The position numbers and the translations under genes were made by a program. From Prorocentrum cordatum (taxonomy: Eukaryota), in assembly GCA_963575745.1 (NCBI GenBank), contig CAUYUJ010000276.1:62001-115977 (forward strand): a stretch of 53,977 nt of DNA, given 5' to 3'. How positions within the stretch are numbered: position 1 is the stretch's first letter; every line of letters starts with the position of its first letter. This document shows, in pieces, positions 37,224 to 48,791 of the stretch. The notes beneath the pieces are model-generated. The model had not been told where the DNA came from. It searched no databases and worked only from the letters and a program-made list of their open reading frames with translations.

Positions 37224-38068
37224 ACGACCCGCCACCGAAGAAACCTCGCTGCGCCGAAGGGACCTTGAATTTCTTGCGTCCGCGCGGAGTCGGAGGGCCA
37301 ATCGCGAAATGGTTAGAAAGCCCCGACGCCGAAGAAGCCTCACTGCGCCGAGGGTACGTTGAAGTTCTTGCATCCGCGCGGATTCGGAGAGCCAGCAGCG
37401 AAATTGCTAGAATGCCCCACCACCGAAGAAACCACGCTGCGCCGAAGGGACCTTGAATTTCTTGCGGCCGCGCGGAATCGGAGGGCCAACAGCGAAATTG
37501 CTAAAGAGGCCCGCCACCGAAGAGACCCCGCTGCGCCGAAGGTACCTTGAATATCTTGCATCCGCGCGGATTCGGAGGGCCAACAGCGAAATTGTTTGAA
37601 TGCCCCGCCACCAAAGAAACCCTACTGCGCCGATGGTACCTTGACTTACTTGCCTCTCCGCGGAGTCGGGCGGGGGGGGGGGCAACAGCGAAATTGCTAG
37701 AACGCCCCGCCACAAAGAATCCCCGCTGGACCGAAGGTATCTTGAATTTCTTGCAACCGCGCGGAGTCGGACGGCCAACAACGAAATTGCCAGAGTGCTC
37801 CGCCACCGAAGAACCCCGCTGCACCGAAGGTACTTTGAATATCTTGTGTCCGCGCGGAGTCGGAGGGCCAACAGCGCAATTGCTAGAGTGCCCCGCCACC
37901 GAAGAATTCCCGCTTCGCCGAAGGTACCTTGAATTTCTTGCATCCGCGCGGAGTCGGAGGGCCAATCGCGAAATTGTTAGAAAGCCCCGACGCCGAAGAA
38001 GCCTCACTGCGCCGAGGGTACCTTGAATTTCTTGCATTCGCGCGGATTCGGAGGGCCAACAGCGAAAT
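37224..38068. repeat. ~93-bp minisatellite, about 9 units
   Basis: CCGAAGGTACCTTGAATTTCTTGCATCCGCGCGGAGTCGGAGGGCCAACAGCGAAATTG recurs about every 93 bp with no unique spacers. Confidence 0.92.
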
Positions 38069-39629
38069 TATTATTCGCGCATTTTCCTAGCGCGACCCGC
38101 GAAGAAGCTCCTCGGGCCAGGGTTCCCTGGGTTTCTCCGCTCTGAGCCCCTGGCCAAGAAACCCAGACCTTGGGCAAGAAACCTTGTGAATCTTCAGGGT
38201 TGGGTCTCTTGCGACGGTGTATTGCGGCCGTGCGCCCGCTGTAATAAAAGGGAGGGGGTCGCAGCCTTCCCGGACAAGCGTCTTCAGACCCCCCCGAGAC
38301 CAGCCATGAAAGGGCGGCCTTCTGCCCAGTCCCCACTGGAACCCTCCAAGGGAGCTCCAATCAGACCCCCTCCCAAATCGGACCCCCCCCCCTTTCATAT
38401 GGTGAAATCCGGAGTACTCCGAATGCGCGGCGGAGCCACTCGAGGCCCGTCGCGCCAGGCAAAAGACCGAGCCAAGACGGGAATGGCAGGAAGGGGACGG
38501 GGGAGGAGCGAACCCCGGGCCCCCAAAAGCGGCCCCGCCGCAGACCAAGGCAGCCCCGAGACGGCCAAGGTAGACTTCAGGAGAGGCCTTCAAGCAGCAG
38601 GAGCGAGACAGGTGCGACGTGCTACGCCCTCCCGGGCGGCGCTTGTGAAGAGTCACGGCACTCGGGTCCTCAATGATTGATGGGTAGAATTGCGGTGTGC
38701 GCAGGGCTTGGGTGCGTGTGCCGTCTGGGTGTCCAGGCTTCCACTGCGCTCCAGTGCTCCAGTGCGTGTGCTGTCTGGGCGTCCGCGGTGTAAGGGCGCG
38801 TGCTGTTCGGTGTGCGTGTGGCGTCTGGGACAGAGAATCTCGAGTGGAATCGAAGAGGGGAGCCTGCAGAAATCCGAGGGAGGGCTTCGCCCGGGGAACG
38901 AGCCCTTTTGCACAGGGCCATCAGGGCTCCGTCAGCTCACCCGCAGAGCGAAGCCTGGAGAACGAACACTCTACCCGGCGAGCGTCCTTTCTGCCCCAAC
39001 GCCCTTTCCCCAATCTACCTTTTTTGTTGTTCTCCTGCGCCCCCTTGTTTTTCATCCCGTGCTTCTACCCGCCCCGTTAAGTCTAACAAGGCTGCCGAGT
39101 CCTGGATGAACACCGAGAGGGTAAAGCGGGCGGGCCAGGCGAGCAAGCCCTTGCGGAACACACACCAGCGGCCTGCGAGCCGCGGCCCCTGACCCGGGCC
39201 AGAGGAAGACAGGCCTCTGATGGCAAGACCCCCACTTCACCCTGGAGGCGTCCAGACAGGTCCGAGAGAAGCCTCCGAAGGTCCCCGGAGGCCTCCCGAT
39301 GTTTCCAGCGGCACCAGAAGCGCCAAAGACGTTTGCAGTTAAGTCGGGCCTGCCCCTTCACAGGAGGAATCTTCAAACATAGTCAAAACAGAGACTGGGT
39401 TTCTATGTTATCTTATGTGCTTACTATTTTGGGGCATGTTTTGAGTATTGTTAATTTCGTCGCCCGCAATCCGCATGTAGGGGACACGCCGACACGCCCG
39501 ACCGAAGTCTACAACTGCCGGCGCCGTCGATTCTCCTCCGGCTCCCTCCCCTCCGCAGCGGACCCCGCGCCGCCAGAGAGCGCTGACCTGCGCGCCCTCG
39601 GGCGAGGCCCCGCCGGGGGTGGCCCGCCG

Positions 39630-39690
39630 GACTTCCTCGCCTACGGGGTGCGCACCGTGACCGCGCGCATCTTCATCCACGTGGCTCCAG
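39630..39690 (+). CDS. RMD/GMD-like SDR, exon F
   Basis: FLAYGVRTVTARIFIHVAP-G, equivalent to YG-x5-RxFNHxGP; GA donor; no AG acceptor at the expected place. Confidence 0.8.
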
Positions 39691-40789
39691 GAGGGCGCCG
39701 CGCGCCCTCGGGAGGCCCGAGGCAAAGGAAGTGTCGCTGGCGCCGCTCGGAGTCTGGACTTGCCCGTGGAGGGTTTTTAGGTTGGCGCGGGGCGCGGAGG
39801 GAGAGGAGGTGGGGCGGGAGGGGGGGAGGGGGAGGAGGAGGGTGGACGAGGATGGGGGGGCAGAGTAGCCTGTGAAGGAGAAGGGAGGGGATGGCGGGGA
39901 GCTGCATGGTGGCGGGGAGGAGGCGCAGGGGGAGGGGAAGGAGGAAAAGGAGTAATTCGGAGGAGGAGGGGGAGGAAGAGGGAGATGAAAGGGAGGAGGA
40001 GCAGCGGGAGGAGGGGAAGGAGGAAAAGGAGGAGGAAGAGGATGAGGAGGAGGAGGAGGAGCAGCAGGAGGAGGAGGGGGAGAAGGAGAGGGAGGAGGAG
40101 GAGCAGGAGGAGGGGGAGGCAGGGCGTCCACCCTGGCTGGGTCGGCCTCTGCCTTCCCTGGGCGGCCGTGAGACGCAGGGAGGGGGAGGCAGCATCAGCA
40201 TCAGCACCACTATCAGCATCAACATCGTCATCATCACCACCACCATAATCGTCACCACCATCATCAGCATCATCAGCAGCATCAGCATCACCCTTAACGT
40301 TATAGTTAGTTACCATTATCCTTTATCATTATCATCATCTTGATCATGCGTGTTACCATTATAATCACCATCAGCATGGTAATCACCATCAGCATGGTAA
40401 TCATACTCCTAATCATCAGTTTCCTCCTCCTCCTCCTCCTCCTCCGCCTCCTCCTCCTCCTCCTTCTCCTCCTCCTCTCTCCTTTCTCCTTCTGGAAGAG
40501 CGGGGATTGCGGAAGGGACGCTTCCGCAGTGAGACGGAATGTGAGTAGGGTCTTGAGATCAGGGATTTCGAACAGAAGGGTACGTTGCAGCATCGTTGAT
40601 GCATCGTGGGTTTATTCTGGTCCTCTTCTTCCTTCCTCCTTCCTCCCTCCTCCTCATAGAGGAGTGCGGAAGCTGGACGAGGGCGGCAGGATGGGAAGCA
40701 ATAGCACATACCCCGACGCCGACTCCAGATATGAATGCGCACGTGTCGCCGCATTGCCTGTGTGGCCTGCCCTGAATTCAGAATGATAC

Positions 40790-43230
40790 GTGTACACAGC
40801 ACACGGGCGTCCATGGGGGGCGAGTTGCGCAAGCTTACCGAACAGGACAGGTCGATGGTCTACGTGTGCAGCACGAAGCGTTGCAGCGCGACAGGGCCGC
40901 CACTCCGACCTCCCGGCCCAGCACGCGCGGAAGATCAAGGAGTTGGAGGATGCTTCGGCTTCGGCGGCTCCGCAGCAGCATCCTCCTTCGCTGGCGGATG
41001 CGAGCTTCGACCGCGTACCCGACGGCATCATCCTACGCGTCTGCGTTGAGGCTATCGTTCCTCGCGACACCGTCCTGCAGCTCCTCACCTCATATTTGGT
41101 GGAGTTCGGAACTGCCGCGGAGAGGTTTGAGTTCAAGGGGCCCCAGGTGGCCGGGCAGGTCACCGCTCAGTGCAAGGACCAGCTTGGCGTTGCTGGGCGT
41201 CTGGTCCTTCGTGTCCTCGGCTCTCTTCGTCTTAACGACAGCTGGGTCGCCTTCGCCGTCCCGCTGCCCACGCGTGGCACTGCGAGGCTTCACATCTCCG
41301 CTGACAAGCCTCGGAGGCGGGTCTCCACCTGGACGGCCTGCAAGCGTGCGGAGGCCTGCCTCGAGCACGCCAACCCTGGAGAAGCCTGCGCCGACCGCGA
41401 GCGGGGGGTCATCATGTACCAGGACTTGGAGATTTGCCGCTTGGAGCCCACGCCCAGCCAAGGACCCACGGGCGTCGAATGGAACGGCGACTTCTTCCAG
41501 CAATCTACTCTTCACCACGATGGAGGAGGTGTCTGCTCCGATGGCCCCCGCTTTAGCTGGCCGACCTGGGTCCAATCGGCGGCGGTCTTGACGGGTTCTG
41601 CGGCGTGTCACTTCGGCATGATGTGGAACCAGCCAGAGGTATTCCGCTTCCTCCTTCATGTCCTCGTGCTCCGTCATCTCCCAAGTCTCCTATCCCTACG
41701 TCGTCTTCTGCATGTGCGTCTGCATGGACGGGAGTGCCTCGCCCGAGGCTGATCAGCTGGAGTGCCCAGGCACTGCTGCAACGGCAAGGGGCTCCTAGTC
41801 GTGTCGAGTTCTATTACCCAGAGCATTGCCTCAAGGGCGGAAAAACCACCCGGACCGGACAATTGGCGTTCACTGAACGGCCCTGGGCGTTGACTAAGCA
41901 GCCCTGCCCTGTTCGATTCTTCAATTGGGCGCGTTTACGAAATGACTTCGAGTGTCGGGGTGGTTATTATGGGGGTGGATTATTTGACTTCTACAGTCGG
42001 GGCCTTGAAGAAGGAACCCTTTTCGTTGGGAAGGGGCTCCGCGTTCCTTAAGTGTTTCACAGCTTGCCTCAGGCTTTCCTTATGCTTTCGACAGGAAATC
42101 GAAGGTTAACTTATAGAAAAAAGGGGCCTCGTTCCTGAGTTAGGGTTCCTTAGGTCAACGCCCCGACTGTATTGCCGGCCGGAAGATGCATTTGCCTGCT
42201 CTGCAGGAGGCGCACCAAGGCCAGGCGCAGCTGCAAGAAGCTTCACGGGCAGAGCGGCGGTCCACCAGTTCCGTGTGCCGGCGCCCCGGTGGTGCCACCG
42301 GCGGTGGTGTCGCAGCGGCGGTGCCTTCGTGGCGCACTCCACTTCCTATTGATATCAGGTGGGGCATGTTCGATGGGGCCCACCCAACGGATCTGTTCGA
42401 CTCAGGTTCGACTCAAGTTCGACTGAGGTTCGACTCAGGTTCGACTCAGATTCGACTCAGGTTCGACTCAGGTTCGACGCAGCTTCGACGCACGAGTGGA
42501 GCGAGTGGCTCCAGGAAGGTCCCCAGAATGAGCATGCAAGGCATGTCCCCCTACAGGCGGATTTCGAACGAAAAATTCAAGCATACCCAACACATGTTCA
42601 AAACTAGTCAAGAATCGTCCTCGGATTATTTGTGGACTGTTTTTGAATGTTCCCCCTGTTGAGGGACATGCCCGACTTGATGTTGATAAGCTGGTTCCAA
42701 AGCGTGCTCTTAACCTTGTACTGCGTTGCCCGACCAGTGCCAGGTTCTACCACTACAACGCGCACAACCACAAGCTTACCGCGGCACAGGTCCTGCTGTT
42801 GTGCTCCACGATGGACGCCGACGTCTTGGAGGCGAGCAATCTGCCAGACAGGAACGCGATGTTTGCGATAGGCGACCTCCAACTTCTCCGCGCATGACAA
42901 GCTTTTCCTTCGGGCGCCGGCCGCTGCCTAACGGAAACATGTGGCGTCTGCGCCGCGCTGACCGGCAACATTGGATCGCATGCTCGAGCTCGACTCCACT
43001 GAACCCGTACCCTGCCAACGTGCCAGCGGCACGCTTTTGTGCATCGACCGCTGTTGGACGTCGGGCGTTGACAGAACGTCCCCCAGACGCGGCGACTGAG
43101 GAAATCTGCGCGGGTTCATTCGACATTGGGCATTCGAGTGCTTTGGCTCAGTCCCCGGTCGGTTTCGCTAGTCGACGCGCGTTTCGCCAGATGCATCCTG
43201 ACACATCCGGTTGTTTTTGGACGTCGATTG
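40790..43230 (+). mobile_element. Fragmented LINE relic (ORF1-like segment plus APE endonuclease)
   Basis: APE motifs in order across frameshifts and insertions: ISWSAQALL (41752), ALQEAH (42198), GGGVA (~42299), YNAHNH (42754), IGDL (42868), CIDRCWTS (43040). Confidence 0.7.
42395..42493 (+). repeat. 11-bp tandem repeat (GTTCGACTCAG) x9
   Basis: Directly visible. Confidence 0.95.
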
Positions 43231-45412
43231 GCTTCCCCGCGGGGGGGGCACTCGGCGGAATGCGGTGCCGTGCGCCCGCGGAGTGCCGCTGGCGGCTTCC
43301 GCTGCAGGGCGTGCTGCGAGAAAAGGAGGGGACATCTCTGCCCCCCCCCCGAGCACGGGCCGCCGCCTCCTCCTCCTCATCATCCCCCCCCTCCTCCTCC
43401 TCCTCCCCCTCCTCCTCCTCCTCCTCCTCCTCCCCCTCCTCCTCCTCCTCCGAGGAGGAGGAGGAGGAGGACCCGAGGAGGACGGGAACCCGGGGGAACG
43501 CGCGGCGCCGTGCCGTGGCGCGCGGAGGTGGGGGCGCGAGGCTCCCCCTGCGGCGCGGCAGCGCTCGGGCGGTGCGAGCCCTCTCACGGCACGAGGCCCC
43601 GAGGAGCAGTGCCGGGCCCTCGCGCGGAGCAGCGCGCGCGCACGGAGCAGAGGCAGCGCCCGAAGGAGCGGGCGCCCGAGCGGAGGGCGAGGAGGCGCGG
43701 CATCGCTCGGGCGGTGCGAGCCCTCTCTCGGCAAGAAGCCTCGAGGAGCAGCGCCAGGCCCTCGCGCGGAGCAGCACGCGCGCACGGAGCAGAGGCAGCG
43801 CCCGAGGGAGCGGGCGCCCGAGCGGGGACGGCGAGGAGGAGCTGGCGCGCCGGAGGGTGCACGGCCGCGCAGGCGCCTGGCGACCTCCCTGCGGCCGCGG
43901 CGTGCCCGAGGTGTCGCCCGCCCTGCGGGCCTCCCGCGAGGTCGGCGGGTCGCCGCCGTCTGCCGAGGCGCTCGAGGCCTGCGTGTAAGCCGTGCGTGTC
44001 CCTCTGCAGCAGGGGTGTTCAAGAACAGTCCAGAAGAATCGTGTGCGGGGGCGATCTTTCTCGTACTCTTGCGGCGAGTGGGGAGTTTTTTTCTCTGGGG
44101 GGGTATTTTTCAATTCTTGTCCTCCAGAATCCCCCTGTGGGAGGACCTGCCCGACTCGAGGCCTGCGGCCGGGAGCTTGTGGGCAGCGCTTCTCGCTCCG
44201 CCGGGTCTGGCCCCGCCGCGCCCCGGCGCCACGCGCTACCACGGTGGGGGCGTTCGCTGAGGAGTGGGCCCAGGAGGCCTTAGGCCCTGGGGCGGTTCCT
44301 TCTCTGACGAGGGCGGCGGTGAGATCCAGGGCCCATCCACGATTGGCGTTCCACTGGCGTCCAGACCCTGGATTCCTCGTCGAAGGCTTCCTTACCCAAT
44401 GCCACCACCGTAGGTGACCACGTCTCAAGGTCCCGAGGCGTCAGTCAGCGACTCTTCCGAGCCGCCCGCCCCGCGGGGCGGAGCGGCGCGCCATTCCCTC
44501 TTGCAGGGCCCGCCGTGTCGGCCGGGGCCGCCGCTGTGTGTCCCAGGGCCCCTTCCCGCATCTCCCCTTCGTCGACCCCGAGGCGGTGTCGCCCGCATTG
44601 GGTTTGGGCTGCTACAAGGGCTTGTGGCGCGAATCTGCTCGTCCGACTCGCGATCGCCCGGCCTTTGCTTCGCCGAGCGCGCCTCACACCCGACAGCAGC
44701 TCGCCCGTGGCATCGCGCGAGTTGCGAGAAGGCGAGATGCGGCATCTGCGCTCCGCCTTCGACTGTCGCGCCCCCGTGCCTCTGACCTCCTGCTCGTGGA
44801 TGGCTTGGCAGTAGTATCGCTCACCAGCCCATCCTCCTCCACGCGCTGGGCGGGCGACGCGCATCTTGCTCCCCATGGGCGCCGCCGTGCGCGATTTTTT
44901 GGTCGGGCATGTCCTCCTACAGGCAGATCTTGGACGAGCCAAAAAAAATAGTCAAACAAATATCCCAAAATAGTCAAACACAGTCGAAAAGTCGTCCCCA
45001 TATTATTTTTTGACTATGTTTGAGCACTCCTCCTGTAGAGGGGCACGCCCAACGTAACGCGACCTGCGTGCTGCTGCTGACGCAGACCCCCGACTCACCG
45101 CCGGCGGCGCCTGCTCGCACCACTGCGGGCCGCTGAGCGCGTCGGGCCCCTCGTTTGGGCCCTTGGGCCGTCTTGGAGCCTTCTTCGGGGGCCTCTCGTG
45201 CCGTCTTGGGGTGGTCTGGGGGGCCTCCCGGGCCGTCTTCGAGCGTCGGAAGCCCGAAAAGGCGAGAAAGCCAAAAGCCTTGAAAAAAAAAGTGAACATC
45301 GGCGACGTTGGCCTTCGTGCTGCTGCTGACGCCGACCCCCGGCTCACCGCCGGCGGCGCCTGCTCGCACAACCTGCGGGCCGCGGAGCGCGTGGGGCCCC
45401 TCGTTTCGCCGA

Positions 45413-45541
45413 GCGCGTTCCACTACTCGCAGAGTGCCGACCCGAAAAGTGCCCACGTTCGCCTCGATGCGATCTACCGTAAACCCCCACGGCGGATCCA
45501 GGCCATTTGCGAGTGGTGGCTTTGCGAGTAGCGGAACGCGC
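45413..45541. mobile_element. MITE-like element, ~22-bp TIR
   Basis: GCGCGTTCCACTACTCGCAGAG ... CTTTGCGAGTAGCGGAACGCGC. Confidence 0.75.
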
Positions 45542-47088
45542 GTGCCCCTCGTTGGGCCCCTCGGCGCAGTGCCCCCCTCTTCGCCTCGCGCGCCGGCGGG
45601 CAGGCCGCCGCGCGGGCGCTGGCAGACAGTCAGGCCGCACGGTGAGGGCAAGTCGGGCCCGGCCCTCCACAGGAGGAAGGTTCAAAAGTGGGAAGGAGCG
45701 CGCTCTGTGGTCGCTTGGAGGGGGCGGGGGGGTCTGGAACCGGACCCCCCCCCCGGGCCCACCCCCTCCCTGGATGGAGGGGGGAGGGGGTTCGAACCCC
45801 CCCCCCCTCCCGTGACGGAGGGGGAGGGAGTTCGAACCTCCCCCTCCCCCCCGAAAGTAGCCACAGAATAGCCTGGGGACGATTTGTGGACTATCTTTGT
45901 CTATGGTCGAGTCCTTTTCGGCTCTTGCCTTATTGTTCGTCCAACATCCGCCTGTAGGAGCACATGCCCCACCGAATGGTAAGGATGGACACCCTTCCCA
46001 AGGGTACCCCTTGCACACTTGCCTCCTCGGTCCATCTTTGGCCACTTTCGCTAGCCGCGCCCCGCTCCAAAAAGAATTTCGACAGGGGCGTCCAAAGCCC
46101 TTGCCTCCTTATCGCGCATTGCCTCCTTATCGCGCATCCTTGTGATGCGGCCGACTGTCTCCGAGCCTGCTGCCACGCTCGCATGTGGCATGACTGCTGG
46201 CGTCCCGTACTTGCGGGGTGTGTGGGCTGATCTGCTGGTCGGCGAGTCTCGTGTGGGCCGTTTCTTCGCGCCCGTGGATTTCTCGGCGGTCTCACGGCGC
46301 CGTCGAAGGGCGCGATGACTCGCACCTCTGCCATCTCGAATTTACCAAAATGGTGTAATGGTGTAGTGGTGCAGGTTTCAGCTCTTAGATCCAGAGCGCC
46401 CGCACGCTGAGATGTTCCTCCCTTCGACGCTGGCTCCTCCTCCTCTTCCTTCTCCTCCACTTCCCTCTCTCCTCCTCCTCCGTCGTCCGTCCTCGTGCTT
46501 CCTCTCCTCATTCCTTTATCCTCCTCCTCCTCCTCCTCCTCCTCCTCCTCCTCCTCCTCCTCCTCCTCCTCCTCCTCCTCCTTCCTCCCCCTCTGTCTTT
46601 CTCTTCCCGCCTTCCCAGAGCTCCTTTTCTTCCTCCTCCTCCTCCTCCTCCTCCTCCTCCTCCTCCTCCTCCTCCCCCAGAACTTCGACGTCGTGATTTT
46701 GTTCTCAGGGTCGACCCCCGGAGGTCTGGACCCCTTCCACGGGACCAGTCTTCTGTCCTGGGCCGTTGTTCGACTGCCCCGGGGCCCGGTGGGGGCTCCC
46801 ATGGGGGCCGTGAAGAGTCGAAACTTTGCCGTCGTGGTTTTTTACCAGGAGAGGATGTGGGGATCCTTCTCCTCCGCCCTCCGCCCTCCTCCTCCCTCCG
46901 GCTCCGCCCAGCAGGGCGGCATGCATATGGTTTCCTGCCGGAATTGCTCTGGAGCAGCTTGCTCCCGCCCAGTGACCCCCCACCGAGGGGGGCCCAGACG
47001 GCACTGTGATTCTCGACGTTCCCTCCTGTCGAGCCGATCCGATCCTCCAGCTCCGCCCGCTGTGCAGCCCCGGGGCCGCGTGCCCGAG

Positions 47089-47156
47089 GAGGCACGGAGC
47101 ACCTGGCCGTCCAGGAGTTCAGCCGTCAGATTGCCATGATCGAGCGCGGGCTCCAG
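47089..47156 (+). CDS. RMD/GMD-like SDR, exon G
   Basis: AG acceptor; GGTEHLAVQEFSRQIAMIERGLQ; GA donor; phase-consistent. Confidence 0.9.
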
Positions 47157-47844
47157 GACGACTTGTCGCCGTCGGGGGAGGAGGAGGAGGAGGAGGAGGA
47201 GGAGGAGGAGGAGGAGGAGGAGGAGAGGAGGAGGAGGAGGAGGAGGAGGAGGAGGAGGAGGGGAGAGGAGGAGGAGGAGGAGTAGGAGGAGGGAGAGAGG
47301 AGGAGGAGGGGGAGGAGGAGGATGGAGGAGGAGGGGAGGAGGAGAGGAGGAGGAGGAGGAGGAGGAGAGATTGAGGAGAGGAGGAGGAGGAGGGGGAGAG
47401 GGAGGAGGAGGAGGAGGAGGAGGAGGAGGAGGAGGAGGAGGGACGAGGAGAGAAGAGGAGGAGGAGGCGGAGAAGGAGGGACGAGGAGAGAAGAGGAGGA
47501 GGAGTAGGAGGAGGAGGACAAGTATAAACTCAAGACGCATTCCTTCCATGTTGCCTCCTCACAGACTCCCACAATGGATTGTGCTGAGTGCGAGAAGTTC
47601 CCCCTTGGAAGAAGAACGTCTGATAATCCGACATCGGGCCGAAGCAGAGTTCCTGGGACTGCAGCACCGCGAATCAAAGGGAATGTTGCGTCCTGACAAT
47701 CCTACGTCAATTGCGCTAGGACGCGACTCCTGTGACTGTAAAGCCGCGAATCCACGTGATTGTCGCGCCCTGACGATCCCAACTCGTGCCTGAACACCAT
47801 TCCTGGGATGTCACCACTACAAGTCCTCTAAGCGGTTGCAAGCT

Positions 47845-48215
47845 GTTGAAACAAATGTGCGCGGCGGTAAGGCGAGAGCCACGTTTCGAGAAGCAACCGT
47901 GTTCCATCGTTGAACCGACTGCCTACTTTGAAGACGAATGTGCGCGGCGCAAAGGCGAGATCCGCATTTTGACAAGCACCCGCTCTACATCCTTCAAGCT
48001 GCTGCAAACCTTTAACGCGTGCGCGGTGCTCAGGCGAGAGCCACATGTTGAAAACCACGCGCCCTCCATTTGTGAAACTCTGGCAAACTGTTAAGACGAA
48101 GGTGCTTGGCGCTAAGGCGAGAGCAGCAGCTTGAAAAGCACCACCTCTCCACCCGAGAATCTGGCGCAAACGGTTGAGGCGAATGCGCACGGCGCTATGG
48201 CGAGAGCAGCGCGAC
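47845..48215. repeat. Highly diverged ~82-bp tandem repeat, about 5 units
   Basis: GGCGAGAG/GGCGAGAT core near 47871, 47954, 48033, 48116 and 48199. Confidence 0.65.
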
Positions 48216-48644
48216 TGCGCCAATGGAAGACCGAGAGGGGGTCAGACTGGGGAGGAGTGAGGCAGGGGACTCAAGATGACCAAATGCAGGTGTCAAACAT
48301 CCCATGTGGCTCCCTCCTCGTCCGAACCGCCCGTCATCCAGCCATCCTGCAGCCCAGGCTGCCGAGGGCTGGCGATCACCCGCCCGCGTGGCGCCCGCTT
48401 GTTGCGAGGGTAGTAGGGCCGTCACACGACTTCGCAAGAGAGAGAGAGAGAGAGAGAAAAAAAAAAAAAAAATATATATATATATACATATACATATATA
48501 CATATATATGGAAGGGGGACAAGAAGGAGTGAGGCAGGAGGCAGGGGACAAACCTGCGCCTTGTGTGCGTCTGGAGGGAAGGTGAGACAACCAGAATCCT
48601 CCTTCTCCCCCCTCATGTTGGGTCTCGAGGGCCGCTCGTGTCAG

Positions 48645-48791
48645 GAGCCCGTGCTGCTCCACGGCAACTTGGACGCGCTCCGAGACATGACAGACGTGCG
48701 CGACTCGGCGCCCGTCTTCCTCCAGCTGCTCCGCAAAGGGGCTCCGGGCGAGGCCTACAACGTCGGGTCAGCCCAGACTTACAGCACGCAG
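48645..48791 (+). CDS. RMD/GMD-like SDR, exon H
   Basis: CAG acceptor; EPVLLHGNLDALRDMTDVRDSAPVFLQLLRKGAPGEAYNVGSAQTYSTQ; GC donor. Confidence 0.93.

Noticed and set aside
37224..38068. CRISPR-like array (also 18798-19233 and 26521-27080)
   Set aside because: Entire units are homologous, with no unique spacers and no cas genes; these are minisatellites in eukaryotic DNA.
42361..42493. tRNA gene or tRNA-derived SINE
   Set aside because: GTTCGA is tandemly repeated without a cloverleaf or A-box.
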